64,000 nucleotides of DNA from Trypanosoma brucei (lineage: Eukaryota), in assembly GCA_000002445.1 (NCBI GenBank), contig CM000208.1, forward strand, positions 3,360,001-3,424,000. Reading direction: 5' to 3'. Shown here piece after piece: positions 20,684 through 33,200 of this stretch (position 1 is its first letter; every line of letters starts with the position of its first letter). Made by a program: the position numbers and the translations under genes. The notes beneath the pieces were generated by a model. It made no database searches, had not been told where the DNA came from, and saw nothing but the letters and a program-made list of their open reading frames with translations.

Positions 20684-23600
20684 TCAGTCACTCGCGTAGC
20701 CTAACTTTGAAAACTTTGTCTCGTGCAGAACGACCAAGTGGCCGTCGTCGGCACCAACTGCGAGCTCGAACACACTACCGTCACTTCCATCGAAGCCAAT
20801 GCTATTTCTCCCGTTGGGGAATCCCGAGTTTTCTTTTTGTTCGTATCCCTCAAACAATACACATACGCTTGCAATCCTGAAACTATGTTTATACATCTGC
20901 AACGGATGTGAACAACTCTGCCTAAAATGGTAAATCCATCCCTCGCTTGTGCTGATGAGTAGGTCCCCATTTCGTTCTTTCAGCAGCGAGATGTTCACTA
21001 CGTATCCCTTTTCATTTCTCCGTTTGGTTCCCCCGAACGAGTTATTCACCTCTTTCGATAGAAAAAGACCACTGTTGTTTCTTGCGGCGGAAGGCACACC
21101 TCCGGCCAAAAGTGTCTGCCTTGTCACATCCCTTTCCGTCACCGAATTCAGGTAGTATTCGCGCACCAGTATGCCGTTAACAAGATCCCACAGGAACACC
21201 CGACCATCTTCGCCCCCGGAGAAGACGAAATTTCCGTCCACCAGCAGAGCCGTGACACCATCCGTGTGGTAGATGCCCTTGACCCTTATTACCGGTTCGG
21301 GCTCTTCTCGATTCACTTTCCGCGCCGAAAACCTCCTCACCGTTTTTTCAGAAAGTTTGGCGAACCTCGGCACCCACGGTGCCGGTGGCTCGGATGGAAT
21401 GGAGAATCGGGGTTCCAGTTTGTGTGCACTCCACGTGCTAATCGTCCCTACGGTGTCACCCACAACGAAATATTGACCAACTTCACTGAAGTCAACACAC
21501 AACAACTCATTACTGGAAACCTTGGTAGAAAGGTAAGGAACTGCCTTTGCCTCATTAGCTCCTCCCCACAGTTTCAAGTGGCCGTCGTAGGAGACAGTTG
21601 CAAGAACGTCGATACACCCCAACCGTGCAACATCATCATCCCTCATTCCTTGGGACGACAGAGCTTGTTGCACGCACCATCTAGAAATGCGGGCCCCAAC
21701 AACTCCACTGACCGTATTTTGATGAAGACCCTTAAACCATGCACATTTCGGGAGTTGTTGCCCACAATGCCAATAACGAATGCTGCCATCGTCGTGCCCT
21801 GTCACCGCAGTATTCCACCGCAAGTTGTAATAAAAGCATGCAGTGTCATAATATCTACCTAGTTTTTCCACCTCTGCAGAATTGGCCGTTCGCTTACCTG
21901 GTTCCACACTCATTCTTTCTACCATGGGTGTCGTGTGCTCAAACCCTTGCGCAGAGTTTACGACGGAAACACGAAGCTCTGCAAAGTCCTTCTTCAGCGA
22001 TTCGTTATTATAACTACAGATGGGGTGGAAATAGCTCCCCCACACGTGAATGATGCCGTCTCCAGAGCACGTGAGAACCCGCGGTTGGTAATGTTCATCT
22101 ACCTCGTGCACCTGACACATAAGCTCCTCCTCTGTGAATAGTTCTGCAGGTTCATTGTCACTTGAGCTACATGTGAATTTAAACTTTCCAAGGCAATTGG
22201 GCGCAGCAGTGTGTGGCCGCATCAGCCTCTCACTGATCGACGATTCTTCAAGTTCCATATGATCGCTTGGTGACGGCGGCTTCTTCAATATATCGTCAAA
22301 AATACCGTTGGTATTGATTGGGGATGGCGACAGAGTATAACGGGACGAGGTGCCTGAGGGTTGCTGGACGGCAAAGATCCCCACCACCCTGTCGCTGTGT
22401 GGTTTGAACTCTAACTCCGCGTACACAGATATAACCAGGTCATACAGTTCCAATCCCATCGTGCACGCTACAAAGAAAGGGATCCTCGTCACTCCTGGCT
22501 GCTGTCGTTGCCGTTGCACAGATGCTGCTTGGTAATGGGAAGTTGACCGAGACCGGGGGCTCTCTGAGGCATCCGAGAAGCCCTGGCCGCCGTTTTCCCC
22601 GGTCGGATGTTCACCCTCATAGTAACGCGTTCCAGAAGGAAGCAGATGAAACGCAACATTGTTTCGCCCCCCATCGCTCACGTCCGGAACCTTGTACGAC
22701 GCCACCATTTTGTTTGAAGTGTTATCCCAGACAAAAACAGTATTCCGGTTGTCGAGTAAGATCATGTAGTCCAGGGCATTGATATACAAAAGATCCAGAA
22801 AACGCAACGCCTCGCCACAACCTCGTACCTGCGCATGGGATGCGGAGGAGATCAGTTTGTGGCTTTTTAGCTGTGTGCTCCCTCCACTCGATGGTCGGTG
22901 TTGCTTCTTGTCTCGCGTCGAGAGACCGGAAGCGTGAGGGCCTACTTTACTTAGCGCTGTAAGGCTCGGATGCACCACCATGGAGGTGAGTTTCAACCGT
23001 GATATGTCTAAGAAACGCACCGACGGGCTATATCCAACAACAGCTAGGATATTATGCCTGTGCATGGGGAACATGCGTGTGATGGAGTTGGTGCTTTCAC
23101 TACCCTTGACACCAGAAAGTTCGATTGAACGTGCTAGCCTTGATTCCTCGCTGATTGTACGCATTGTGCGCGTTAATTGAAGCCTGGATGGTGAATCACC
23201 CCTATGAGAAACCGATATGGGGGCTTTCCCTCCCCCTTCTTTAGCCAAGTTGCCGCTGAAGAGCGAAGAAGAGAACTCACTGTTGATTTGTCTTGTGCTA
23301 CAAGACTCCCCTTCCCTTACTAGTTGGACACGCTGCGCCTTTCTTACTTCTGCTCTTGCAGCCACTGCTCTTTGGTTGCGAAGTGCCTCCAAAAGGGGTT
23401 TCCCCCACCGACTAGATCCCTGGAACAACCCAACATTCCCCCGTGGAGACACCTCACCACTTTTAAGGTAACTTATAACCCCATCTTCGCTACATATCAT
23501 GATGTCCCCTCCATGCGAGACGCGATCCCCGGCGTAGCAAATGTGCCGCACCCACCCATTGCAGTGAAATACCTGATACCCAAGATACTGAGGTAATCCA

Positions 23601-24799
23601 GATGCGGAGCCAAACACAGTTTTCTCAGAGTTTTGCCACACTCTCACCGTACCGTCCATTCCCCCACTCAGAAGCAAATCACCATATACTTCTAAGGAAG
23701 TTACAGATCCATTGTGCACATGCCCAATGGACTGCACTAACTTTCGTGTCTGGACGTGGTGGGTAAAGTGTTGGAGGGTCCTTGTCTCGCGATTGTCCTC
23801 ATCGCAGTTCTTTTTGTCGCGCAACACCTGTCGGTATCGGTTGTGCACATCCCACACCAACAGACTGCCGTCCACACCACCTGAGACGGCTAGATCGTTA
23901 ATGGGATGATAAACGAGAGAAGTAACGCTACACGAACCGTGGTAACCGAGCAACGAAACACCTCGGGGGGCCTGCTCATATAAACACAGGAGTTCAGCCT
24001 CGTCGGCATCTCCTTCCGCTCCCCTATCTGATGAGCCGTGCTCGCTTCCCTCCACTGGCCTCTGCTCACCATCATCATCATCATCGTCATCGTCCCCGCC
24101 TTTGTTTGAAGAAGCGGTCTCGCTTGCACTATTGCCTCTACGCCGCACTCGCTTCGATTCCCCAGCAGACTGTCGCATCGCCCGGAGGTGAGAAGCAAAG
24201 GGATAGAAGGTAACGTGAACTACCGCTCCGGTACTGTATCCCCACAGCGCCTCACGGTCCTCTTGCGTTGCTTCATTATCTCCCCTCTGCGGCAGAGGCC
24301 CAGGATTTCCTTTTCCTGCTTTGCCTGTTCTTTTTTGAACAAACCGCCGCACGAGCTCGACAGCCGTCAGACGCGACGAGTCAACCTCCGAAAATACGCA
24401 GCCTGATCGGTTGACTTGGCTACAGTACGCATCGTTGCTCGGCACTGTGTGCACGCCATACGCGAGGCGGCAGCCCGCTCCCTTTTCCTCCAGCCGGTTA
24501 CTGGGGCTCTTATCAAGTTTGATATTTGTTTGTGGCAAAGGTGGTTTTCTCTCCAGCAGACCATTAGCGCGGTTTCCAACCACATCTCTCATGGCGCTGC
24601 CATCACAGTCGCCAAATGAAGGGAATACTTGCCCTAGTTGCGGCTTTAGCGCCTCGAGTAACGACAGAAGTCCAAGGCCCATCAAGTGGTATCGGGCCGC
24701 ATGTTCACGGAGGAGGATTTCAGGTGGAATGCGCGGAAAGCATTCCCGCCGCACTATTTCCGTACTGGTTGGAAGAGGCGCGCTGCATGGATCATCCAT
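20684..24799 (-). CDS. Large WD40-repeat protein (1371 aa)
   Basis: Multiple WD-like repeats (e.g. LVYHPINDLAVSGGVDGSLLVWDV, LEVYGDLLLSGGMDGTVRVWQ, GHDDGSIRYWH, SGGEDGRVFLWDL). Very long ORF with an internal poly-Asp tract. Confidence 0.8.
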   Translation of the reverse strand: MDDPCSAPLPTSTEIVRRECFPRIPPEILLREHAARYHLMGLGLLSLLEALKPQLGQVFPSFGDCDGSAMRDVVGNRANGLLERKPPLPQTNIKLDKSPSNRLEEKGAGCRLAYGVHTVPSNDAYCSQVNRSGCVFSEVDSSRLTAVELVRRFVQKRTGKAGKGNPGPLPQRGDNEATQEDREALWGYSTGAVVHVTFYPFASHLRAMRQSAGESKRVRRRGNSASETASSNKGGDDDDDDDDGEQRPVEGSEHGSSDRGAEGDADEAELLCLYEQAPRGVSLLGYHGSCSVTSLVYHPINDLAVSGGVDGSLLVWDVHNRYRQVLRDKKNCDEDNRETRTLQHFTHHVQTRKLVQSIGHVHNGSVTSLEVYGDLLLSGGMDGTVRVWQNSEKTVFGSASGLPQYLGYQVFHCNGWVRHICYAGDRVSHGGDIMICSEDGVISYLKSGEVSPRGNVGLFQGSSRWGKPLLEALRNQRAVAARAEVRKAQRVQLVREGESCSTRQINSEFSSSLFSGNLAKEGGGKAPISVSHRGDSPSRLQLTRTMRTISEESRLARSIELSGVKGSESTNSITRMFPMHRHNILAVVGYSPSVRFLDISRLKLTSMVVHPSLTALSKVGPHASGLSTRDKKQHRPSSGGSTQLKSHKLISSASHAQVRGCGEALRFLDLLYINALDYMILLDNRNTVFVWDNTSNKMVASYKVPDVSDGGRNNVAFHLLPSGTRYYEGEHPTGENGGQGFSDASESPRSRSTSHYQAASVQRQRQQPGVTRIPFFVACTMGLELYDLVISVYAELEFKPHSDRVVGIFAVQQPSGTSSRYTLSPSPINTNGIFDDILKKPPSPSDHMELEESSISERLMRPHTAAPNCLGKFKFTCSSSDNEPAELFTEEELMCQVHEVDEHYQPRVLTCSGDGIIHVWGSYFHPICSYNNESLKKDFAELRVSVVNSAQGFEHTTPMVERMSVEPGKRTANSAEVEKLGRYYDTACFYYNLRWNTAVTGHDDGSIRYWHCGQQLPKCAWFKGLHQNTVSGVVGARISRWCVQQALSSQGMRDDDVARLGCIDVLATVSYDGHLKLWGGANEAKAVPYLSTKVSSNELLCVDFSEVGQYFVVGDTVGTISTWSAHKLEPRFSIPSEPPAPWVPRFAKLSEKTVRRFSARKVNREEPEPVIRVKGIYHTDGVTALLVDGNFVFSGGEDGRVFLWDLVNGILVREYYLNSVTERDVTRQTLLAGGVPSAARNNSGLFLSKEVNNSFGGTKRRNEKGYVVNISLLKERNGDLLISTSEGWIYHFRQSCSHPLQMYKHSFRIASVCVLFEGYEQKENSGFPNGRNSIGFDGSDGSVFELAVGADDGHLVVLHETKFSKLGYASD

Positions 24800-26209
24800 C
24801 CACGCGTGCTGGGATGAAATAAGAGCAGCCGTATACTAAGTGTCAGTGTAACAGTTGCTCTTCCTCCTTCCTAATGTCAAACTTCCTCCACCTCTTCCTT
24901 CCTCTGTTTCTTGATATTTCCGTCCTCTCTAAATGACAGTTTCAACTTGATAAATATTCTCTTTCCAATTATCTCAGCCGGCTCCTACCGTCGCCGTCTG
25001 GAGCCCCGCGAGATTGACGCAAAGTTCACCTCAATGGTGCCCTCAGGAAGCGCACTTATTCCTTGTGTTGATGTGTTGAGAAATAAGTGCTTAGTGTGGG
25101 CATTTCAAACACAGGGGAAAACAGTATGCCGAAAGCTCAAGCAGAAACATCGATAACAGGTAAAACAGAAGAAAAAAAAAGAAACAAGCGTAAACGGAGA
25201 CGATGGCGTTAGCTGGCGCTCACAGTGATTGCCACATTTGTCTTAATAGGCATAATTCCCTCGACAGTACGCCACCATCAGAGGTGTCCCCACAAGTGCC
25301 ACCTCATGGAAAAGAGGAAGAAAAAAGAATGAGGTAAAAAGAGGAGGAAAGATATGTTCGGGGAAAATAATGACCAATCGAGATTGAGATGTGTGTCAAG
25401 GAGGGGAAACACACTAACAAGTAGCAGTGCACCAAACAAAAAAAAAGGTGGGTGGAAAGAACAACGTGAAAAACTGACCTTCATCATCACAGACCCTGAC
25501 GAAGAGGGATATGTCAGAATGGGAAGAGTAAGTGGCATAAGCTGCTTTATGAGCTACTGCACGCAAAACAGGGAGTATGTGAGCACTAAACATAATTCGG
25601 TTAATTGTTATGCTTTCCCCTTTGATTGCCACACAAAAGTCACCGGACATGGAAGGGTAAACAAAATAAATGCGCAGCTCCCGTAATGAAGTGCCGGCCG
25701 TGAGAGTGCATGCAACGGTGCCAATCACCTCCCTCTGTCCCTCGCGCTTTGACGTAGGAATGTAAAGGGTAAATGGGTTCACGAATTCTCTCGCCTCCGG
25801 CTTGTTTCGTTTCTCCTTCGGGTTTCACCGAGCTTATCCAACCGATGTACTTCTCTTACCAATCAGCCCGCATCCACCTTCAAATATATTACAATCTCCT
25901 CATCCCACCCATCCACCACAAGTACCACCCTCTACTCCCCTGCCGCTTCTCCCCCTCACCGATATTTTCCAACATTTCGGCATTATCACCCTTCTTCAAT
26001 GATCGTCATTCTTCCCACATACTTTGCCCATATCCCTTTCGCCCGGTGCACTGCTTGTTACACCCCGTTCATTTTCTTCCCCACCTTCACAGAGGCCTCA
26101 GCATCCTTGCGTTCACCACATCCCAATTAATATTCTCAACTGACGTCTTCCCTTCTTCTCGTTGATATACCTCAAACATTTGGGCGGTAATTACAGTTCG
26201 CCACCAACG

Positions 26210-27550
26210 TTAAACCATCACAAGACCAACTTCATTAGCCGGAATGCTCGGATAAGACCAGTTGTAGAAGTAGTAGTAAAGGTTTCCGTCCCCGGGGCTG
26301 AATTTAAGTTCTTTTAAATACGTCCCATTGTCGTAAATGTCAACAACGTTGCAAACATCGAATCCATTAAGCTTCACGATGATAAGAAGATCATTCACCA
26401 ACTGTGTTATGCTAACGCTGGTTGCAGCGGTGTAGTATACGTACGCTACCTTCAACAACGAGTGGTTACTGTTGCCGATAATGGTAGAAGGAAGTGAATA
26501 GAACGAGAAAAAATCCGTAATCACCTTCTCACAGCCCCCTGTGACACACTTTGTCCCTGTGGGTGTGCCCTTTGAGGCTTTACCGGCATTCTCTTCGTCT
26601 TTTCCTGGACCCACCGGCGACTCCACAACGTAGGAGAATACGACACCCTCGCGGGGGAGGAAGTAATGTGCCACCTCCTCCTCATTGAACACGGGAGCAA
26701 CATCAAACGACGCCAACCTCTTAAGGAGAAGCTGCGTCACCTGTGGGACATCTGCTGGTTCCATGAGTCGCAAACCACGCGTTTTGGTTTTGTCGGGAAG
26801 TCGGTACAGGCGCTCCATAACCGCAACTGGATTCTGAAACCGCTTGTAATGTGGTGGAATCCCAGAAAATTTAACGTCCACAAGCTTCTGTGAGTTCAGG
26901 CTGCGGTGGAAGTAATGGCCTTTGGCAAACGGTGTTGGAAGAAGAGTCCCAGATGTGTAGACGGCGTGCCAAATGTTCATGAGATTAACCCGACGCGTCA
27001 CCTCCTTGATGAGGATGGGCCCAAGTCTTCTCTGCCGAAGTTTTTTGTGCACGCAAAGAAAATTAATCTCGCAAATAGTCTGAGGCTCTAAGTAATCGTT
27101 TATAACCTCTTCTCCTCCATCCTCCCCGTGCTCTCTCTTCTCTAGAACCATTTTTGGAGTGCCTAGGCGCATCGTGATCGGGACACCGGCAACGAACCCG
27201 AGCACCGACTTGTTGGATTTTAGCCGCACACCAACGTGCCACGACTGGTGATATCCCGGAGGCATAAGTGCCCAGCGCAAAAACTCCTCCGAATAGTTGA
27301 ATCGAAACATGCTTTCGCTGTCCTCAACATAATTATCACGAAGAAGTTCGTGGACACCTCGAAGGTCCTCAGGGTTGGCTACATCGGGTGACCACCACTC
27401 AAATGTTGAGGGAAGACTGTACGGCTCAGCAGGTACCGCATCTAAGGATGATTCCATAATAAACCCAACCTTATCGGCATCAGGAGCACCAGGTTGCCGC
27501 ACAGGCTGCGTGCTCCAGAACTGGTGTTCCGTAAATGCTTTGTCAGTCAT
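26210..27550 (-). CDS. NMT: Glycylpeptide N-tetradecanoyltransferase (N-myristoyltransferase)
   Basis: 446 aa. Matches NMT: FWSTQPV near the N-terminus, EINFLCVHKKLRQRRLGPILIKEVTRRVN (acetyl-CoA/myristoyl-CoA-binding fold), and a hydrophobic C-terminus ending ...GLVMV as in NMTs. Confidence 0.9.
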   Translation of the reverse strand: MTDKAFTEHQFWSTQPVRQPGAPDADKVGFIMESSLDAVPAEPYSLPSTFEWWSPDVANPEDLRGVHELLRDNYVEDSESMFRFNYSEEFLRWALMPPGYHQSWHVGVRLKSNKSVLGFVAGVPITMRLGTPKMVLEKREHGEDGGEEVINDYLEPQTICEINFLCVHKKLRQRRLGPILIKEVTRRVNLMNIWHAVYTSGTLLPTPFAKGHYFHRSLNSQKLVDVKFSGIPPHYKRFQNPVAVMERLYRLPDKTKTRGLRLMEPADVPQVTQLLLKRLASFDVAPVFNEEEVAHYFLPREGVVFSYVVESPVGPGKDEENAGKASKGTPTGTKCVTGGCEKVITDFFSFYSLPSTIIGNSNHSLLKVAYVYYTAATSVSITQLVNDLLIIVKLNGFDVCNVVDIYDNGTYLKELKFSPGDGNLYYYFYNWSYPSIPANEVGLVMV

Positions 27551-28094
27551 TTTTCAACAGCGGGCAGACTTCTTCAAGTGATTTAAAACAGTGTCCCTTC
27601 CCCTTCAGTGTGTGTTGCAGCTGTTCCTCGTCGTAATGTGCGGTTGACGTGTCCTATGTGTCACTTCTGTTAATTTATCTTCCCCCTTTCTATTTCGCTA
27701 GATCGACAAAAAAAAACGATATTGCTGGAGCAGAACATTCCGATCGAAACTAAATATAGGCGCTTTAAAAGAAGATTGCACTTTTGTGCCGCAGGACCAC
27801 TCGGAGAAAGCAACAACAAATCCATAAGTCAAGGACGTGCTCATGCTTGTGAGCAACCTCTGGGTTCAACAGCGGATGCATACACATCTGCATTTAGCTC
27901 CCTTATGTGAGATGCGATTCATCCGGTTTGCGGTACACTACTTTTAAACCCACCACTACAACCGTCGCGTCGTATCGACACCCCTTCCCTCCTAAGGAAA
28001 GACAACATCACCCCCATTGAACTCCTACACAAACACACATCAAATGTTCGTTTCACCCACTAACTACGCTACACATATCCGCACACCTTTCCAG

Positions 28095-29003
28095 CTACTG
28101 AACAAAGTCTGGCATCTCTGGCATATCGAGGAGGTCTTGAAGCACACGTGCAGCCACAAGAATACTAGCCCAAAACCACCACTCCCACCGACGTCGTGCT
28201 TCCTCCAGCGAAACCCACCAGATTTCGCGACCCAGTGGCACGGAGTGGCGGGTATTGTGTGTTTCCTTGAGAACAACAACCCCACGCGATGCTTTAATCA
28301 ACTGCGCTACCTCCTCGTGTAGCTTCCCCACGTCTACATCATTGCGACTCAAAATTCGCCTTGTTTGTAGCGACTGCTGCAGAGATCCGTTGATGGCAGC
28401 AACACCAGCGGCGATGCCGGTCTCCATTTTGCTCAAACCACCACCCGCAAATGAGGCGGCTGCCGTGTGGTTCACCTTTACCAAAAAGTTATCGTCTTCA
28501 GCCCTTGTCCCCGTCAGAGGGGTCATGAGGGCCTCACTGCGGTGAGATCCATGTGAAGGCACTATCATTGAGGGGGATACTGGCGTGAACACCGGTCCAG
28601 GCCCGACATATGGACTTGGCAGCTCGACAGCTTGCAGGTATTTTTCGTCCCACTTCGGTATGTGTCGCGTGTAGAAGAACCAACGACGGAATTCCCATTG
28701 CCTCCTCCGACGGAAGCGCATGATGTTCTTGTGGCGAAGGCGTGAATATGTCGGGTATGCGCCCCACCAGGTCCACATTAATAGCATGGTACCGGAAGCA
28801 TACAAGTAGTCACGATACATAACGCTAATTGCCCCAAACAAAAAGTCGGCGCTGCACTCGAATGGGTTCTTATTCTGTCTGGCGATATCCTCCATCAGCT
28901 TCTTCTCGTGAGCCTCATACTTACTATCATCCGCCGTGCGCACCCCTATCTGAGAGACTACCATTCTCACTATGAAGCTGATTTGCAACAGTTGTTTCCC
29001 CAA
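28095..29003 (-). CDS. Hypothetical protein (302 aa), W/R-rich, possibly membrane-associated
   Basis: Minus-strand ORF. Contains hydrophobic stretches (TMLLMWTWWGAYPTY; WWFWASILVAARVL). No family recognised. Confidence 0.45.
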   Translation of the reverse strand: MGKQLLQISFIVRMVVSQIGVRTADDSKYEAHEKKLMEDIARQNKNPFECSADFLFGAISVMYRDYLYASGTMLLMWTWWGAYPTYSRLRHKNIMRFRRRRQWEFRRWFFYTRHIPKWDEKYLQAVELPSPYVGPGPVFTPVSPSMIVPSHGSHRSEALMTPLTGTRAEDDNFLVKVNHTAAASFAGGGLSKMETGIAAGVAAINGSLQQSLQTRRILSRNDVDVGKLHEEVAQLIKASRGVVVLKETHNTRHSVPLGREIWWVSLEEARRRWEWWFWASILVAARVLQDLLDMPEMPDFVQ

Positions 29004-29690
29004 TTTCTTTTTGTTGTTTTTGTTGTTGTTGCTGCCTCTGTGCCTCTATTATATTTCACTCACTTTCTCGGTGACAACAAAACTATTTGCATTTAACGCA
29101 ACGGTTTGCGTCGGCAAGCACTAACCAACCTCCTCGTGTCACCCCGCCTTGGAATCGAAGAGAGCGGAACAGAAGTTAAGGCATTTCTCATCCTTGAAGA
29201 TTAACAGTGCAGGCATCGGACTCCGGGTTCAGGGTGGAGGAGCGTTGCAACGTACGTGTGCCCGTAAATGTACAGGAAAATAAAACCGAAAAAAATAATA
29301 ATAATAAGAGTTGTGATTCAACAACTTCGGCGACGTGAAAGCGCGTTCCAGGCGAGTAAACAGTGATAGCCCTCGTCCTCGCTTTCTCTTAGTCTCGCAA
29401 CCTTACTACCCCCTGCTGCAACTTTCTAGCCTCCCGGCTTGAAAAGGGGCTAGAGAGGGAAAATAAGCCTTAGGAAGTAGTGCATACCGACAGAATAATT
29501 GCACGCCAGTACAGTACCATGTGACACAAGTAGGAAAATACGCGAGTAGTGGGCTCCGGCTCAGCAAGTTGTGCGTAGCCACGAAGACACATCTTTGGGC
29601 AAGAGTACAAAGCTGAACAGATGATACGGGAAAACTTGCATTAAATGCTACACAGGCAGCCCGAGTCTCGTGTTTTGTCGCTCCCCTTTC

Positions 29691-30224
29691 CTACAGTCCT
29701 TTTGATTCTTTGTCCATCATAACCACCGGTTGCAGCACTAAGAGTTTGTTAGTTTCTCCAACCCGACCATTCACAAACATCTCCTCAACGATAAAATGAA
29801 CCTTCTCCAAGTTAAACATAACATCGAGCTCACACACATTCCCAAAGTACTTATCTAATGTCTCCACGAGAAGTTGAATGAACTCGTAAATCGCCAGTTC
29901 CCCTCCTTGTGTCTGCTCCTCAAACGTGTCAGTGTCGAAACCGTTTGCGGGGACTAAACTAAAAGATTTGCCGTTCACTTCCTCACGAAGCGCCTTACGG
30001 TTGTTTAATCCAACGATGAAGAAAAGAGACGCGTAACGCCGATAAACGAGTTTGTAGTGAAGATGATCAAGGAAATTACAATCCGTGTCTCGTCGTTGCA
30101 AACACTTTCGCACAACTTCTCCCTCCAACGCAGTACGCTCAACTATGGGCATAAAAGTGCTATACTGCGCTAACCGGGTTTGGCCCTGTCTGTTCACGAG
30201 AAATATGAACTCAATTGTCGTCAT
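29691..30224 (-). CDS. Adaptor protein (AP) complex sigma subunit
   Basis: MTTIEFIFLVNRQGQTRLAQY...KLVYRRYASLFFIVG...LDKYFGNVCELDVMFNLEKVHFIVEEMFVNGRVGET matches the sigma-adaptin fold (MIxFxLxxNRQGKTRLAKWY...YRRYAGLYF...LDEYFxNVCELDLVFNFxKVYxxxDEMFLAGEIxET). The start is set at the ATG at 30224. An upstream in-frame ATG at 30272 would add 16 aa. There is an about 30-aa insertion relative to typical sigma chains. Confidence 0.8.
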   Translation of the reverse strand: MTTIEFIFLVNRQGQTRLAQYSTFMPIVERTALEGEVVRKCLQRRDTDCNFLDHLHYKLVYRRYASLFFIVGLNNRKALREEVNGKSFSLVPANGFDTDTFEEQTQGGELAIYEFIQLLVETLDKYFGNVCELDVMFNLEKVHFIVEEMFVNGRVGETNKLLVLQPVVMMDKESKGL

Positions 30225-30272
30225 ACAAATGAAGTTGACCTTCACTTCACTTTTTTTTTCCCGCTTCGCCAC

Positions 30273-33200
30273 GCCGTGTTGCGGATATTTGCGGGTCTGG
30301 TGAGGTGGAGGAGGAGGGGGGGGGGGATGGAAATAAAATAAAAAATAAAAACAACAACAGAAAAGTGAAGAAGAGAGAAATGGTGAGAATGGAAGGCGTA
30401 GAAGGAATTGTGCAGAAACGGGATGACAAAATAGATGGGACCCTCATGAGCGTATAATACATTTATTTGTTGATAGATACAGAGGATTCCGCTTTCAACA
30501 AAGGCTCCGTTCCATAAACAACAAAGCGAATCCTAACATGATTTGTTTTTTTTTTAATTTGGCAGTCATATCTTCGCCGTAAAAATATAGAAGAAAAAAA
30601 AGAGATTGCGAGGCCCGTGCGAGAGTAAAGGATAGCACTAGCGACATTAAGATCAAAAGAAAAAGAAACACAACATCACAAAACAAAACAAAAGAATTTA
30701 ACTTTTATCATAAAAATTCAAAAAAAAGCAAAATTAGTGATAATAGCAATAACACCAGTAATAACAGTAGAGAAGTTGTTGAATAGTAATAAAGAAAAAA
30801 AAAAGGAAAACAATCAAAAGAACACCACATAAAAAAAACAAAAGGAAAGGAAGGGGGAAAAAAAGGACAAACAAACAAACAAACAGAAACAACTCTTTTC
30901 TTTGGTTTGCTTTATTACTGTTACTGTTATCGTTATTATTAATTCCTTCGTTTTCTTTCATCATCATGCCTTCAGTTTGCCCGTTGCTTAGTAATTATTT
31001 ATGGTTATAATGATAGTTGCAGCAGCAGTTGCCGAAGCAACAAGTGCGGTCGAAGCAAATAACAGAGAAAACGAAAAAGGAAAAGGAAGAATAGGATGAA
31101 TAAAATAGGCAGGAAAAAAAAAAAAGAGGAAAGAAATGCAGAGAGGAAAAACGAGAGAATAAAAGACAAGAATAAAACAAAAATAGCTTTCGAAAAAAGT
31201 AGCATTTCGTTGGACACACATTAACGGACTTATTAATTAATATGTACCACACCGTAAGATTTTTTTCCCCTTTTTAAAAAAAAGATTTCACCTCTCCCTC
31301 CTCTCATATTTCCTCTGTTTACTTTTGTTGTTTGTTTTTGATTTCGATGCCTTCTTATCCTTTCTTCCGTTGTAGTGAACATATGAATTTCTTTTTTTTT
31401 TTCTTCAAATGTTAATTTATAACTTCAAATATGAACATTAAAATATTTATGCATTTTTGCTTTTTTTTTGTCATTGTGGGCGTTCACTTTTCACTGATGC
31501 CATTAGCAGTACGATCACTTTTTTTTTTCCTCCACTTGACTTAACTTGTCGTTTTGATTTTTAACTATTTATTTGAAATTTTTTTTAAAAAAAGGAGGGG
31601 AAAAAACATTGCCTGTTGCTCCTCTCCCTTTTTTTTTTTTTTTGGGGGGGGGCGTATGTTCCTCGCACAGAACCATTTTGTGCATTTATAATAATTATAA
31701 TTACAATAATAATAATAATAAAACCAGGGGAGCATATCGCAAGGAGGAAAAGTGAGTGAGGGACAAGACTGGGAGAAGCATCAAAACTAAAACTAAAACT
31801 AAAACTAAAACAAAAACAAAAAAAAACAGTTAAATAAAATAAAATCAAGTGACAATTTATGAAAAGAACAAAGAAAAAAACTTTAATAGTGAATTGAATT
31901 GAAAAGCAACTTAACCCATCAATCGACAACAGAGTGTGGGTACTTTTTTTTAAAAAAAAAAGAAAAAAAAGAAAAAAGAAACTGAACTAAAGAGAAGGGG
32001 GAAAAAAATTTAAAAAGAACGAAAAGACAGGAACACACATACACATACACATACATTTATAAATTTATAAATATATAAATGTGTATGGAGATTTTTTTCT
32101 TTTAAAAAAAAAGAGGGGGAAGTAGAAAGGAAGAGAGAAAGAGGAGCAAACTAACTAACTGACTGACAAGAATTAATAATAGAAAGGGGATAATTGGATT
32201 AACACAGGAAAAAACAAAAAACAATAACAATAACAACACATAAACACGCAGACATACACACACACACACACATTTTTTTTAAAAAAAGAAGTGACATAAA
32301 AGAAGAATTAAATGTCCATGAATTCGTTTTATTATTTTAAGTTTTTATGTCTCCCAACACCAACACTAACCGTTTCCATTCCTTTCCTACGAGAGATCAT
32401 GTTGCCAATGGTATTAATAGTTATAATCATAACAGTAACAATAACAATACTAATAATAACAATATTAATAACAACACAAACATGACGCGCCGGATATAAG
32501 TAAGATTAAGAAGTGGAGGGTGGAGATCCTCCGTTACTTCCTTCCTTCCCATTGCGAAGAGGAAAACAAACAAAACAAACAAAACAAAACAAAAAAAAAA
32601 AGAGTGGCACTCAAAAGTACGCGATTGGATGAAGGATAAATAAAAATAAAAAGAACGAAAACGAAATCGGTCAAGATTTTTTTTTTTAAAAAAAAGAAAG
32701 GGAAGAAAAAAGGACGTAGAGACGTACACATGCATATATATAAATATATATATATATATATAAAATAAGCATAGTTAACATATACGCATGGATGTGTACA
32801 GGCATATCTAAACACATATTCGAAGAAAAAAGAAAAAAAGTCCAAAGTAAGCTGAAAACGAAAAAAAAAGAAATTGAAAAAGAGGTAAATAATTAAAAAT
32901 AATTATAATAACAATATATATATATATATATATATAAAGTCGTACATATATAAATATCAATAATTCATTATAATAAAATATAAAAATCTCATCTGTATCC
33001 GAAACACATGACGCAAAAAAAAAAAGAAGTGAGTGAATGGATGTGAACGAGTGGAAGCTCTTTTCACTTAATTTCCTTTTCCTCACCTCTGCACAAACGT
33101 ATTATCAGAAATTTCAGAGGAAATACATATAATAATAACAATAATAATAAAAAAAAAAAGAACAAAACAAAACAAAATAAAACAACAACGACAACAACAT

